Origin: Podarcis erhardii
Lineage: Eukaryota
Assembly (NCBI GenBank): GCA_964252035.1
Contig: OZ176201.1
DNA length: 64,000 nt
Reading direction: 5' to 3' (one strand)
Shown here: positions 25,334 to 38,551 of the stretch, piece after piece
Layout: each line of letters starts with the position of its first letter
Position numbering within the stretch: position 1 is the stretch's first letter
Notes under the pieces: generated by a model
What the model was told of the DNA's origin: nothing
The model's database searches: none
The model's input: the letters and a program-made list of their open reading frames with translations, nothing else
Program-made: the position numbers and the translations under genes

Positions 25334-27544
25334 GTGCTTTCAAGAGGTTGAGAGAAGGCTTGGGTGGGCTATGCCCCAAAAGGCAGCCTATAAATAATTT
25401 AGTAAACAAACAAAACACTTTTGACAGGGACTACAACATAAAAATTATTTACCACATGCCCCCTGCCCTTCTTGGCCATAGTAGAAATCATTGTTCAGGT
25501 TAAAGGGGGAGAAATCTACCAATTTGATCGAAACGGGAAAAAGGTGAAGGAGGGAGGAGACAATTCTGCGCACAAACACACTCAAAAGAAAAGACAAAGC
25601 CCACTGCATAGACTTTTTTTGGGGGGGGGGGAGTGTAATTCAAGGAAAGAGAAAGATTACAAGTGTGGTTTCTGTGTTGGCCTAATGGACACAGTGTCAA
25701 AAAATGCACCACACTTAAATGAGGCCTAAGATTAGAGTGGTATCTCTGCCATTAGTTGGTTTATAACTCCTCCTGATTTAGTAATGTGAGTTCAACATCT
25801 AACCAGTTCTTCCTTTTTTGCATCCAGCCTTCCCACAAGTAAAACAAAACATTCCCAATAGATTTAAGGTCTGTCGTTTTGTTTGTTTTTCACTATAGTT
25901 TAATTTCTTTGAATTTTAAAACAAAAACATACTTCCATGTTAAAAAGTCCTCCATCCAATGCACCAACAAAACACCTGTACACAAGCAACAAATTCACAA
26001 TCCGAAGAAGGGAGATAAACCTACTCCCAAAGGGATGGGCAAATCTAATATACAGTATGAACAAAAAGTCAAAAAATAAAAATTAAGGCAGGAGTTAAGT
26101 GTTTAATGCCCTGCAAAATGAAGGCAAAAAGGAAAAAAAAAGAAAAATTGAAACTCTAGGAGGCAGGAATGTCAGCAGCAGCTCCCAAATAACCTGGGAG
26201 GTCATTTCAATGGGGAGGAACTGTGCAGGGTAGAGTCTCCATTGTTCCTGGAATGGGGAGTGCCAAGATCATTGTTCTTCGGTTAGCCTTGGTGATATTC
26301 TCAACTAAGTCTCAACTAAGAAAGGATGAAGTTGTATCAGGTTAGGCTGCTTGTGGGACTTTCCGTTTACACCTGTAGGCGTGCAGGTAAGCCACATTCC
26401 CCCTTTAGTTTCCCTAGCAACACAAACATCTTGTCCATGTTATAAAAGGAGGAAGAGCCTGGAAACAGAAAAGGGGGGGGGGGATATTTCTCTTTATCAA
26501 TGGGACAGCTAGACTGACCACCACACTTGAAATTCACCTCGCACTGGGGAATTCTAAACAGTCCTTGGGAGCTAAATGAAAACATTCATTCCACTACAGG
26601 GAGAGTTTCACATAACCACCATCAAAGGTGGCAACATTCAGGGGCAGGGAGGGTTTAAGTCATGCTCTTCCAAGAATTGCTAGCATCAACTTGTGTGCCC
26701 AAAACAAGACCAAAAGAAGGACGCAACGTAAAGGCAAAAGGTAAAATAGCTGTGCTTCTCCCATCACCACACCCCAACAATCTGTATTCCCAAATAGTTC
26801 CTCTAGCTCTGATCTGAAAAAAAACAAAAAAGAAATCTCTAGCGTAAATTCCAATGTTTGTAGATCTTCCCAGAGGCCTGCCCACAGGGAGAGAACGCTT
26901 AGCTTCAGAAACATGTAAGATTTGGAGGGTCTGGTTATTTTGTCTTTTTTTGCTCTGTACAAATATATTGCATCCTTCAATGTTGTGCTAGGTCCAGAAT
27001 GGTATTCTCCTGGGCAATTAGAAAATAAGAATAATAATAAGTACTAGTAAAAATGTAAAGGAAAAATATATATATTAATAGGGAAACTAGTTCTTTTGAG
27101 CTTTGCTCTAGTATTCAGCTCTATATTGCTTTGAACAGCCAGTAAATAACTCTTGGCGTGCTTTTGTTTTTGTTTAACCTGTTTCATTACACTCCGAGTT
27201 GTTTCCTGGGAAGAATGTTTCTTCAAATATGCTCAAGTGTTGTCTTTTATTCCTTTGACTCTGGAATCACCCAAAATATTTTAAAGAGGCCATTTAAATG
27301 TGAATTTCCCCCACCTGCTCCTTGTCTCAGGACCCCCCCCCCAAAAAAAACAGGGAAAACTAAGCAAAAGAAAACACCATATTTCTTCAACAGTCTGTTT
27401 AACGGAATGATGGTGTTGAAAACTGAAGATTGAGAAAGGGGGTCAAGAGCATTCAACTTTTTCCGCACTACAATTTATTCCAGAATCTGTTGAAATTTTT
27501 TCCTTCTTGAGCCAAGCCAAGTGTAAAGGCTCCAGTCACCTTTC

Positions 27545-28570
27545 TTATACTCTTATCTCGTCGTCTTCCTCATCCATGAAGGAGAATTCCTTTTCTGGCT
27601 GTTTAGCAGCGTCCTGCCTCGTATGCTCTGGAACGCCCTGGTTCTGTCCCCTGGAGACTAAAGTACGCTGTTCCTCTCCCACAGAGGTGCCACTCGAGAT
27701 GGAGCTGCTGTCCATTGTCAGGCGACTGGTAATGCTGCGGGCAGATCCAGGGCTGTAGGTTGCTGCTCTGTTGTCATCCGACTGAACCAAGGAATCCTGG
27801 GGGAGCTTGCTTTCCTGGCCAAGCCAGTGGCCTGTCAATGCCTCCACAGGGCCTGCCTCCCTCTGGGGGTCTTCTGCACCATGATAACCAGAATCCTCTT
27901 GCTCCCATGGGTCCTTATCCATGATGCTCAAGACATCCCCCAACATGGAGGGCCCCAGATCAATATGGAAAGACATGATGGACTCTGCGTGCTTCATGCC
28001 GTAGCTGCCCTTGGGCACTACCAAGGGCAGGTCCGTTATGTCACCAAAGGCCCGCTCTTCCAAGCCAGGACTGTGGGGCCCAGAGCTAAGAGCGGCTGCC
28101 GCACCGTTCATGTGCTTCTCTTCAGGGGTCTTCTCCTCAGGGGCTTTCTTGACAGGGCTGGAGGAAAGGCTCTTGGGCAGTTGCTTCCCACCACTCCTGT
28201 CCGTCTCCTTCTCAGTAAGCTGAGGGAGGGAGACGGCATTCTTCACAAAAATGGCAGAGTCCCTCAGAGAGCCCAGCATATCCCGCCGGTCGCCCCGGGT
28301 GACGGACTGAGACCGCTTGCTGCTCCGGAACTTGCGTGAGAGCAGGCCTGGTTTGGATGAGGAACTTGTTTCCTCAGCGGCTTCCTGTTCTCCCTCCCCA
28401 GCCTTGCTGTTGAGGAAGGAGGTGTCCCCAAAAGCATCACCAGCCCGTCCCACGTGCATGGTGTGGCGGAAGTCGCCAAGGGGAGCGCTGATCATCTCTG
28501 CCGTCAGGTCGGCCCGAGAGCGGCGTTTGGAGTTGGCGGAATTTGTCACCAGCTGCTTCAAAATAGGCAT
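27545..28570 (-). CDS. CDC42EP4: CDC42 effector protein 4 (BORG4), 341 aa, single coding exon
   Basis: MPILKQLV start, CRIB motif ISAPLGDFRHTMHVG, BORG/septin-binding KHAESIMSFHIDLGPSMLGDVLSIM, C-terminal FMDEEDDEIRV. Exon acceptor tgtgttttag at 28719-28720; Kozak gccaaaATG. Confidence 0.97.
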   Translation of the reverse strand: MPILKQLVTNSANSKRRSRADLTAEMISAPLGDFRHTMHVGRAGDAFGDTSFLNSKAGEGEQEAAEETSSSSKPGLLSRKFRSSKRSQSVTRGDRRDMLGSLRDSAIFVKNAVSLPQLTEKETDRSGGKQLPKSLSSSPVKKAPEEKTPEEKHMNGAAAALSSGPHSPGLEERAFGDITDLPLVVPKGSYGMKHAESIMSFHIDLGPSMLGDVLSIMDKDPWEQEDSGYHGAEDPQREAGPVEALTGHWLGQESKLPQDSLVQSDDNRAATYSPGSARSITSRLTMDSSSISSGTSVGEEQRTLVSRGQNQGVPEHTRQDAAKQPEKEFSFMDEEDDEIRV

Positions 28571-30450
28571 TTTGGCAACAAGTGTGAGAGCTCTTTTGCA
28601 CAGGAGTCAGGGTGGTGGAACTGGAGAGGTCAGGTTCAGTTGTGGGTGGAGCAGGTTGTACTCCTGCAGCCTCACAGGTAGGCCTCAAGCCTCTTGATGG
28701 CCTTCAAACAGTCGAAGCCTAAAACACAGACATAAGAAAGGAAGAGAGGGTTAGGTCTCCTCAAGACAAGAGAGGTGCTGTTTGCTCTGTTCCTTTAATG
28801 GGGGCATGAGAGGGCACCATCTACGGTGGGGCTCTCCATCCAACCTGCGAACCTCCATCCAACCTATCTCCCTCAGGTAATGCCTAAACCCCTCTCCAAC
28901 CCTGTTCTGTTCCCTCCTCAAGTACTTTTACTGAGTTGGTGCGTTTGTATAGAAACCTCTGACTTTGGAGTGGCTGGAATGTAATGTACTGCACAAAGGT
29001 AAGCAGTGTTAGGTGCCAAATGGCTCCTTAAACCAAGGTTACAGTTGCCAAAATGGACTGTCTGGTTGCCATTTTGGGGCAAGAGGTTCTCAAGTCTTTA
29101 TTTTTCAAATGATGGGCTGACTGTGATTTGATTCTCAGCTAAATATCTGGCTCGTTCAGAGGACAACCTGGAGATAGATTAAGAACTTTGAGAACTTAAA
29201 AGAAGGGAAGTCATTTGATCCAGGGACAGCCCGCATATATATTGGCCCATTCCGACCTCTTTTTCTTAATGGTGGCATGGACCATTCATAACATTATGTA
29301 TATTCTTCACAACTATAAGCAGGGCAGTGGGAAGACAAGCTACAACAATTAACTATAACATTGTACGCTGCTCCTGCTCAGGCTACACAGACAAAGCATT
29401 TTGGTTCCTGAAATTAAATCTGATTGTGCAGATAAGACATAACTGATAGAATGACAGGGTGTGGTATTAGTCATGATCCAATGATCCCCAGGCATGCACC
29501 TCCAGATGGTGAAGATGTCATGCGCCAGCCATCCTGGCATCCAGGCATCTTCACTCAGTCGCAAGTGGCTGATAGCCAGGTGCAAAATGCGCCTGGCTAA
29601 TTTCAAACGCTGAAGGTAAGAACCACCTCTGTTGCTCCACCCACCTTTGCCTATAACTCTGCCCACCCCTGGCATGTAGCCCTGGGAGGTTACTCACAAG
29701 GGAATGTGGCCCTTGAAAAATGCTCCCCAGCTCCACCTTCCCCTTCAACATACACCAGGGGTTAAATGTTCAAGTACAGTGCTACGTGCTGCTGTGCTCC
29801 CTGTCGTATGGGAGGCACAGGGTAATTGCTTCTACAAGACTATTCACTGCCCTGCGTGGTTGCTTTATTCAGGGGGGACAACCATGAGATGAGCACTTCT
29901 AATTTCACACAAAAAAAGCAGCCGCACTGAGGGCTGCTCCGCTGGTGCAAACCAGAAAAGGGCAGTTGTGCTGGAAGCTCTAGGGGAGGGAGTTACGTGA
30001 AAATAGCTCAGTGGGGTAGGAAAGCATGGTTCAAAACAGGGGCATCAGAAGATGACTCTCCCCTTCCCCCCACGCTTGCAGAAATCTTCTCCCTTCACTT
30101 TTGATTTACTGCTCTGAGGCAGTTTTGCATGCTCAGTGGAGCAGCCATCATAGGCAGGGAAAGGAATGAGGCAGTAATGAATGCCTGTCTGCTCCTAGAG
30201 AACATAGCTGAGGCGCATGTTTGCAATAAACTAAGGAATATTTGAGACAGGCACCCCCAACCCCTCCTCTCTCAGAAGCATAGCTTACACGAGGTGGAGT
30301 GCTGTTCTTCACCCATCTTTGCCCCTTCCCACTTCAGATAAAGCCCTGCTCATTCGGCTGCAGAGCCTCCTGACAGATATATATCTGAAACAGAGGTCAG
30401 TGACCCCTTAGAGTGTTCCTCACATCAGGAGATTTGGCATTAGTATAGAT

Positions 30451-30769
30451 CAGGGGTCAGCAAACTTTTTCAGCAGGGGGCCGGTCCACTGTCCCTCAGA
30501 CATTGGGGGGGGGCGGACTATATTTTGGGGGAAATGAACAAATTCCTCTGCCCCACAAATAACCCAGAGATGCATTTTAAATAAAAGCACACATTCTACT
30601 CATGTAAAAACACCAGGAAAGCGCCACAAATAACCCAGAGATGCATTTTAAATAAAAGGACACATTCTACACATGTAAAAATATGCTGATTCCCTGGACC
30701 GTCTACGGGCCGGATTTAGAAGGCGATTCGGCCTGATGCGGCCCCCGGGCCTTAGTTTGCCTACCCATT
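30451..30769. mobile_element. hAT non-autonomous element (same family as 19331-19554)
   Basis: Same termini; perfect 8-bp TSD gtatagat. Confidence 0.9.
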
Positions 30770-31065
30770 GTATAGATGCTAACTTCTTGGGGACCTTGAG
30801 CAAAGCAGAACTATTGTTGCCCACAAATACACACATTCCTCCCCATGTTTTGTTTCTGTCCTGCTCTGTGGTCAAACTGGTTTCTACAGGTTACCTTTAA
30901 GCAGTGCCCGGGGAGGAGGGGAGAGAGCTGAAATGGTTGCCAGCAACACAACCAACACTGCCGCAATCGATGCCGATCAGCTGGTTGCTCTGGGCACCTA
31001 CTGGTCAGTGCCAATGCCTTGTACCTAGTAAAATGTTCTCTGTGCACCATGCATAGAGCAATGCA

Positions 31066-31306
31066 CAGTGGTACCTCAGGTTACATACGCTTCAGGTTAC
31101 ATATGCTTCGGGTCACAGACTCCGCTAACCCAGAAATAGTGCTTCAGGTTAAGAACTTTGCTTCAGGATGAAAACAGAAATCGTGCAGCAGCGGCGAGTG
31201 GCAGCAGGAGGCCGCATTAGCTAAAGTGGTGCTTCAGGTTAAGAACAGTTTCAGGTTAAGAATGGACCTTCGGAATGGATTAAGTTCTTAACCCGAGGTA
31301 CCACTG
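31066..31306 (+). mobile_element. Tigger/pogo-like MITE
   Basis: CAGTGGTACCTC TIRs; right flank TA, left flank CA. Confidence 0.9.
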
Positions 31307-31968
31307 TAAGGGTTTGTTGTGTTGTTGTTTTTTTAAAAAAAGGTTATATCAGTGTGCCATGTGAATGTTGAACTATTCACTTTTTGTATGCGGTTGTTAA
31401 AGGGAAGCAAATCCACACTGGCTTCCTATTGCTACATAGAGTTACTTCACCAAGTGAACAATGATTTCTTGTTTGATTAATTTTTAAAATTCAATTTCTT
31501 TGAAACGTGTGCACTCCCGCAACTCAAATATTCTCTTCCTTCTTGTGGTGAGGGGGGAGGTGTGTGTGTGTTTGTAAGGTAGTAGAAAGTTCCCTTTGGC
31601 AATGAAACAGACTAGAAGGGAAATTCTAGCACTGATTATATGGATCCTTTGGCTTGTAGGGAAAGCAGCTATAATTAAGAAAGGCTTTTCTCCTTGCAGG
31701 TGTCCCCCACGCCAGTTCAATGTATTGACAGCATGCTACTGATACTGGAGAAGCGTCGGTACCCCACTAGCAAGAAATCGCCCCACTTGTTCAACAAAAG
31801 TGATCTACATGCAGCTGCAGGTATCAATGAAAAGCCAGCATATTAAAAAAGCCACCTTTTCAAAAGGTGGTGGGGTGGACATTCAGATAGTAAAAGAAAA
31901 GAAAAATAGCCTGATAATGCTAAACTGGTTAGTATCAAAGTTTTTAGACCCAAAAATAATCTGAATAC

Positions 31969-31969
<1 letters not shown>

Positions 31970-32010
<41 letters not shown>
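31970..32010. repeat. (TG)n microsatellite
   Basis: Direct read. Confidence 0.95.
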
Positions 32011-32013
<3 letters not shown>

Positions 32014-32478
32014 CGTACATAGAGGAAAACAAAAGTAAATGAACAACCTGTATGGATATATGAACAAGAGATCACACCACCCAAATCAGCCCGGCTTCCT
32101 CATTTCACAAGCTAGCGCAACATTCTGAAGCTGAGATACTAAGACCTGATCTAGTTATACAAGACAAATTATGAAATAAGCTGGATAATCATTAGCCAAG
32201 AAGCAGCTCCATTAGGCAACTTGTCCAATGACTAGCCCATGACTAATTTCCTTCCATTGTGCTACAATGATAGCAATCCTATACATATCCACTCAGAAGG
32301 AAGTCCTATTGATTTCAATGGCAGTTACTCTCAGGTAAATGGGTACAGGATTGCACCACAAGCCATGGTTCTCAGTCACTGTCAAATTAAAACTCTTCCC
32401 TGGGTTAAAAGTTAATTCTATGGGGCCTCTGCACATGGTCCAACCATTTCTGACCTAAGAGTTATCACAACAACAGTA

Positions 32479-32846
32479 AGGTAAAGGTAAAGGTAAAGGT
32501 AAAGGGACCCCTAACCATTAGGTCCAGTCGTGGCCGACTCGGGGGTTGCGGCGCTCATCTTGCTTTATTGGCCGAGGGAGCCGGCGTACAGCTTCCGGGT
32601 CATGTGGCCAGCAGGACTAAGCCGCTTCTGGCAAACCAGAGCAGCACACAGAAACACAGTTTACCTTCCCGGCGGAGCAGTACCTATTTATCTACTTGCA
32701 CATTGACATGCTTTTGAACTGCTAGGTTGGCAGGAGCAGGGACCGAGCAACGGGAGCTCACCCCGTCACGGGGATTCGAACCACTGACCTTCTGATCAGC
32801 AAGTCCTAGGCTCTGTGGTTTTAACCCACAGCGCCACCAGCGTCCC
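32479..32846 (-). mobile_element. Sauria SINE, full length
   Basis: (AAAGGT)n tail at the left, head at the right; 13-bp TSD cacaacaacagta. Confidence 0.93.
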
Positions 32847-33514
32847 AGCACAACAACAGTAGATATCACAAAAGTCCCCACCCCCTGGTTTTTTAAAGCA
32901 TAATTGTGCTGCTGCAGATCCAAAGCAAGCTTCTGCACTATTGACAGAGTTGTATCAATTATTAACATGCCTTCGTAGTTACCCTTAAGTCATGAAGATT
33001 AGAAGAAAATACCCAGAATGGCAGTGAGTGTACTCAACCTGGAACAAAAAAAAGAAAAAGGTGGGGGAAGGTGGGGTAGCAAGTCTCATTCCGCTACAAA
33101 CAGCTGCCCTACCATGAGCTGAATAGTTTGACAGTGCACAGGAGAACTATAACATATTCCAGAATACCAGAACAAAGAAATACTCTTGTCATTTTGAACT
33201 AACAGTTCACCAGAGGCTTTGAAGAAGACTAAAGTTAAGGGGGGAAGACATCCAAAAAGAACACAAGAGTACTGCCAAAAAAGGTATAAGATTTTAAGCT
33301 GTGACTCACATATTTCTGCATTTTCTTTTTTTAAAAGCGCAGTTCACAAGGCTGGCTAAGGCATCCTCAAGTTTGTGTGTCTGTGGTTTTTTTTTAAGCT
33401 ACATGGGGGAAGGGGAGTGAAGACTCTTGGGATTTTGAAGAGAATAGAAAGCAGACACACAGATGCTGAAGGAATTGAAAACAGACATCAGAGCAGGCTA
33501 TGAAAGGGGACTAC

Positions 33515-33517
<3 letters not shown>

Positions 33518-33568
<51 letters not shown>
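33518..33568. repeat. (GA)n microsatellite
   Basis: Direct read. Confidence 0.95.
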
Positions 33569-33570
<2 letters not shown>

Positions 33571-33980
33571 CCAGCCAGATCCGGAACAAGCCAACAGCGG
33601 ACACACAAATTTTTAAAAGAACACATGCTTGCATCGTTGATACAGGAGGACAAAGAGCTCGCCACTTACAAAATGGGGGAGTACGCTCAGACTTTCTCCA
33701 CTTATCGTCGTTTTGCCAACTCCATTGAAACCGAAGCAGCGTAGGGAAGCTGCTTTATATTGAGTCAGGACTTCCCTTTGCTTTGCTCAGTCTCATCTCC
33801 ATGGACCGGCAAAGCAGCTCTCCTGGTTTCTTTCCCAGGTGGGCCTACCCTGGAGATGCTGAGGAGACAGGGACTTGAGACCTCCTGTATCCAAGGCAAA
33901 TGCTCTACCCCTGAGCTTGCAGCTATGGTTCTGTGCATCTTCATGGTCAAAGCAAGCACACAACATCAGCAGTGGGAGTA

Positions 33981-34227
33981 TGAAACCTGGTGGGATAAGT
34001 CCCATGATTGGAATGTAATAATGGAGGGATACAATCTATTTCAGAGAAACAGACCAGACAAGAAAGGAGGAGGAGTGGCGTTATATGTCAGGGATGTGTA
34101 TACCTGTGAAGAGATCCAAGATTTAGAACCTCAAAGCCAAAGTGAGAGCATTTGGGTCAAAATTAAGGGAGAGAAGAATAACAGAGACCTCATTGTGGGA
34201 GTTTACTATAGATCCCCAAGCCAAACC
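33981..34227 (+). mobile_element. CR1 LINE ORF2 internal fragment (apurinic endonuclease region)
   Basis: ETWWDKSHDWNVIMEGYNLFQRNRPDKKGGGVALYV...ESIWVKIKGEKNNRDLIVGVYYRSPSQ is typical of the CR1 endonuclease. Confidence 0.88.
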
Positions 34228-34264
34228 CAGATAGGCAGGGTTTAAATAATAAAATTAATTATTA

Positions 34265-34490
34265 CAGTGGTACCTCGGGTTACATACGCTTCAGGTTACA
34301 GACTCTGCTAACCCAGAAATAGTACCTTGGGTTAAGAACTTTGCTTCAGGATGAGAACAGAAATTGTGCCCTGGCGGCACGGCAGCAGCGGGAGGCCCCA
34401 TTAGCTAAAGTGGTGCTTCAGGTTAAGAACAGTTTCAGGTTAAGTACGGACCTCTGGAACAAATTAAGTACTTAACCCGAGGTACCACTG
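34265..34490 (+). mobile_element. Tigger/pogo-like MITE
   Basis: TA TSD and TIRs. Confidence 0.92.
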
Positions 34491-34586
34491 TATTACTATT
34501 GGCTTAATTTGTCATTTGTGATGTCATCAGGGGAGAAGAAAGCCTGCCCCACTCCCCACAAAGATACTGGAGCAGTAACAGAAAGT

Positions 34587-34587
<1 letters not shown>

Positions 34588-34658
<71 letters not shown>
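34588..34658. repeat. Compound (GT)n(GA)n microsatellite
   Basis: Direct read. Confidence 0.95.
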
Positions 34659-34664
<6 letters not shown>

Positions 34665-35313
34665 TGATGCAGCTGTAGTTTTGCCAAATTCTCACAGAAA
34701 AGCAATGATGCTGGCAATGGTTGTGAGTAAAAGAGTCTGCTTATAGGAAAGAATGTGGCTGAGGATCACCACTCTCCATTCAACCACGCTGTCAAGCCCC
34801 CGTGTGAAATGTGCCAACTTCAAAACCCGCAAGTTCTGCATTTTACAATTCGGGGGGTAAGCAATTTGTGGTCTGCAAACTCTAGCAGTGGGTAGGTGCA
34901 AATCAAAGCACACTTCCATTTCAACTGAAGTTACAAAAGCCAGCTGAAACTGACGCTTTCAGGAGGCGGAAGAGAAGTTCAGATCAGAGGATGCATGAAA
35001 ACAAATACGGGAGGCTGACTCTGCCAGCCTCAAAAGGGCTCGCTTCAGCTGTAGCTCCCATTCCCAGCTGTGAAAGCCAAGAAGTCCCACTGCAACAATC
35101 TAGACCAGGCTGCAAAACCTCTGCAGCATGAGCTACATGTAGGCAACTGGCAAAGCTTTTTGGGGGGCTGGGAGGGTTATTCTGTGCAAGTAGACACAAA
35201 AATACAAAATGGATACTGGCAGTTGAGCTTTTTGAGGATCTCAGCTCTCATTACATGCCCCCTACCCACAAAAACCCATTGAGAGTATATACAAAGTTAG
35301 TTTTACCACTATA

Positions 35314-35530
35314 CAGTGGTACCTCGGGTTACATACGCTTCAGGTTACAGACTCCGCTAATACAGAAATAGTACCTCGGGTTAAGAACTTTGTTTCAGGA
35401 TGAGAACAGAAATCACGCGGTGGCGGAGCAGCAGGCCCCATTAGCTAAAGTGGTACCTCAGGTTAAGAACAGTTTCAGGTTAAGAACGGACCTCCAGAAC
35501 AAATTAAGTTCTTAACCCAAGGTACCACTG
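35314..35530 (+). mobile_element. Tigger/pogo-like MITE
   Basis: TA TSD and TIRs. Confidence 0.92.
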
Positions 35531-35741
35531 TAGTTTAAAACAATGTTGATGGCAGCCTTAATCATTTTCATGAGGCTTATGTATTATAATCAGGGTAGAA
35601 CTACACTGAGCCTGCTTAGAAAGCTAAGCACAGGTCCTACCTGAAACTTATGAAAATTTTCTGCAGATTAACTAGGATAGAGGTACTGAATTTTCTGCTT
35701 ATGGTATCTTGGCAAACATTTCATGGTTTCCTATGGTTACA

Positions 35742-36084
35742 GTGGGTGGCGTTGTGGGTTAAACCACTGAGCCTAGGGCTTGCCGATCAGAAAGTTGGCG
35801 GTTCGAATCCCCGTGACGGGGTGAGCTCCCGTTGCTTGGTCCCTGCTCCTGCCAACCTAGCAGTTCGAAAGCATGTCAAAGTGCAAGTAGATAAATAGGT
35901 GCCGCTCTGGTGGGAAGGTAAACGGCGTTTCTGTGCGCTGCTCTGGTTCGCCAGAAGCGGCTTAGTCATGCTGGCCACATGACCCAGAAGCTGTACCCTC
36001 CCTCAGCCAGTAAAGCGAGATGAGCGCCGCAACCCCAGAGTCGGTCATGACTGCACCTAATGGTCAGGGGTCCCTTTACCTTTA
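35742..36084 (+). mobile_element. Sauria SINE
   Basis: Family sequence; 12-bp TSD cctatggttaca. Confidence 0.93.
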
Positions 36085-36480
36085 CCTATGGTTACAAATA
36101 AAAATAAATAAATCTATTTTTAATAGAGACTTTTAACAGAGGCTTTTGAGAACACAGCTCAAACTCTGCCACTCAACCTGAGTACCGTATTGGAGTAGCT
36201 GGCCAGAGGGCCGGAGAACGAAGAGGCCCTGCTTTCTTCCTAGCAGATGTCACCACTAAGCTCCTGTTTTTGAAGGATTTGGGTACCACAAAGTCGTGTC
36301 CTACACCAGCCAGCCTGCCCGCCATAACATCAAAGCAGAGAGGTAATGTCTTCCCATCGGTACACAAGAAAATATTTCCGTCTAGCAGAAAGGAGGGTGG
36401 GATATTTTTGTTAATAGCACTGCGATGGTCCATGTCCCCAATGTGGCAAGTGCCCTTCTGTGAATCAGAGACCACCTGAG

Positions 36481-36573
36481 CATAGCTGTCAACATTTTCC
36501 TTTTTTTAAGGGAAATTCCATTATTCCGAATAGGATTTTCCGTTAAAAAAAAAGGGAAAAGTTGACAGCTATG
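36481..36573. mobile_element. 93-bp hAT-type MITE
   Basis: Perfect 13-bp TIR CATAGCTGTCAAC extending imperfectly to ~27 bp; perfect 8-bp TSD cacctgag. Confidence 0.88.
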
Positions 36574-37080
36574 CACCTGAGCCAGCTGACCTTCAGCGCT
36601 GCTATGCTACACATGGGCAGGTCAGCAACCTACCTGGATCAACTGAAATGGTTGTTTTTTCTTCCATGCACCATTCTCTTCCTGCCTTGCCTGCTTGAAG
36701 CTTCTTTTAAAATAAAGCCTCTTAAAGCGGGGGGGGGGGGGGGGTCCTTGGGTGCCTTTTGTGTCAGATTTAAAAGGCATATATGATGTCACCAATGATT
36801 TTTAATCTTGTATTTTTATATTGTTATAGCGAGAGAGGACTAAATAGCTGGCTGCTGGCAGCAGGGGCAAAATTAAACAAAAATCATGGCTGAACTGGGC
36901 TTTTTGCTGACGCAACACCTTTTTTCTGTTTGAACTGATGTGATCTCCAGGAACAAAGTTGCCCCTGGGCAAAACTCTAGAAAAAGAGCAGCCTAACAAA
37001 CCAGCTTATGCTTCCCCTAGATGCATTTTTCACCAAACGCTGGTTCACTAGGGACATTATATAGTGGTTGGGTGGAGGAA

Positions 37081-37315
37081 TTTGGATTTGATATCCCGCT
37101 TTATCACTACCTGAAGGAGTCTCAAAGCGGCTAACATTCTCCTTTCCCTTCCTCCCCCACAACAAACACTCTGTGAGGTGAGTGGGGCTAAGAGACTTCA
37201 GAGAAGTGTGACTAGCCCAAGGTCACCCAGCAGCTGCATGTGGAGGAGCGGAGATGCAAACCCGGTTCACCGGATTACGAGTCCACCGCTCTTAACCACT
37301 ACACCACACTGGTCA
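37081..37315 (-). mobile_element. tRNA-headed SINE with LINE-like tail (squamate Squam/MIR-like)
   Basis: Minus strand begins gaccagtgtggtgtagtggttaagagc (A box) with a degenerate B box, then gggtgaccttgggctagtcac core and a tail ending gcgggatatcaaatcc. Confidence 0.75.
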
Positions 37316-37342
37316 GAAGGTGGGGAGAGTAAAGCAGGGGAA

Positions 37343-37497
37343 ATGATTCATAGAATCATAGAATTGTAGAGTTGGAAGGGACACGGAGGATCCTGTGTAG
37401 TCCAACCCCCAGCAATGCAGGAATAGAGAGCTGCCCCATATGGGGATCGAACCTGCAACCTTGATGTTACCAGCACCACATACTAACCAACTGAGCT
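37343..37497 (-). mobile_element. tRNA-headed SINE with CR1-like 3' tail
   Basis: Minus strand agctcagttggttag...ggttcgatcccc (A and B boxes) ending cccttccaactctacaattctatgattctatg, a CR1-type tail. Confidence 0.75.
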
Positions 37498-38198
37498 CAG
37501 CGGTGAAGGAAGCCCCTCGGGCGCCTGGGGCAGGGCACCCAGGGGCACACCACGGGGCCCCTGGAGTCTGCCTGCCTCCTCCCACTCAGCCACCCTACAG
37601 CTGGGGGGGGGGAGGCAGCGGGCGAACCGTTTAGACACGCATCATTTCACGGCACAGTAATTCAGTTTCGTAGCAAACTGGAGGTTAAACTAACCCCTTA
37701 CCAGCCCCAGAAGGAGTGCGGGGAGCATTTGTGCGACACAATTTGGAAAACTCTGTCCTCAAGAGACTTCAGTGGGCTCTGGAAGACCCACATCACAGAA
37801 TACGCAGGCTTCTCCTTCTGTGATAATCCTGATTACCAAAGAATAGCAGAGGCTTCTGATGGTTCCAAGAAGTGCTTCAAGGCACAAAGAGTTCTCCTTG
37901 TAGCTTGATCTGAATAGTAGCCTAATTCTGTGTTCCACAGCCCCAGGCTATATGCACAGGGTTCCAAACAGGGTGGCATGAGATCTGAAACAGGCAGCTG
38001 CTCTCTAATCAGCAGCCACCTCATGCGTCCGCACAGGTGCAAGTGGTAGCACCCAGGCTACCACTATAGGGGCATAGCTCCCCCACCCCTCCGCTTTTTA
38101 CGCATCTCTGCTAGGAATTAAACCCCAAATAATCACCTTAAAGGCAAGAAAAATACAGATGATTGCGACTGCCTAATTCCAATCCTCTACCCTTAAGG

Positions 38199-38551
38199 GC
38201 AAGGGTGGCGCTGTGGGTTAAACCACAGAGACTAGGACTTGCTGATCAGAAGGTCGGCGGTTTGAATCCCCACGACGGGGTGAGCTCCCATTGCTCGGTC
38301 CCTGCTCCTGCCAACCTAGCAGTTTGAAAGCACGTCAAAGTGCAAGTAGATAAATAGGTACCACTCCAGCAGGAAGGTAAACGGCGTTTCCATGCGCTGC
38401 TCTGGTTCGCCAGAAGCGGCTTAGTCATGCTGGCCACATGACCCGGAAGCTGTACACTGGCTCCCTCAGCCAATAAAGCGAGATGAGCGCTGCAACCCCA
38501 GAGTCGGCCATGACTGGACCTAATGGTCAGGGGTCCCTTTACTTTTACCTT
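38199..38551 (+). mobile_element. Sauria SINE
   Basis: Family sequence; 11-bp TSD tacccttaagg. Confidence 0.93.

Noticed and set aside
27507-28697. Plus-strand and alternative-frame ORFs over CDC42EP4
   Set aside because: Shadow frames of the real CDS.
33300-33760. Possible L1 5'-UTR/ORF1 relic around the (GA)n tract
   Set aside because: No diagnostic motif I can identify with confidence.
37081-37497. tRNA-like A/B-box sequences
   Set aside because: They are SINE heads fused to LINE-type tails; no complete cloverleaf, so not tRNA genes.
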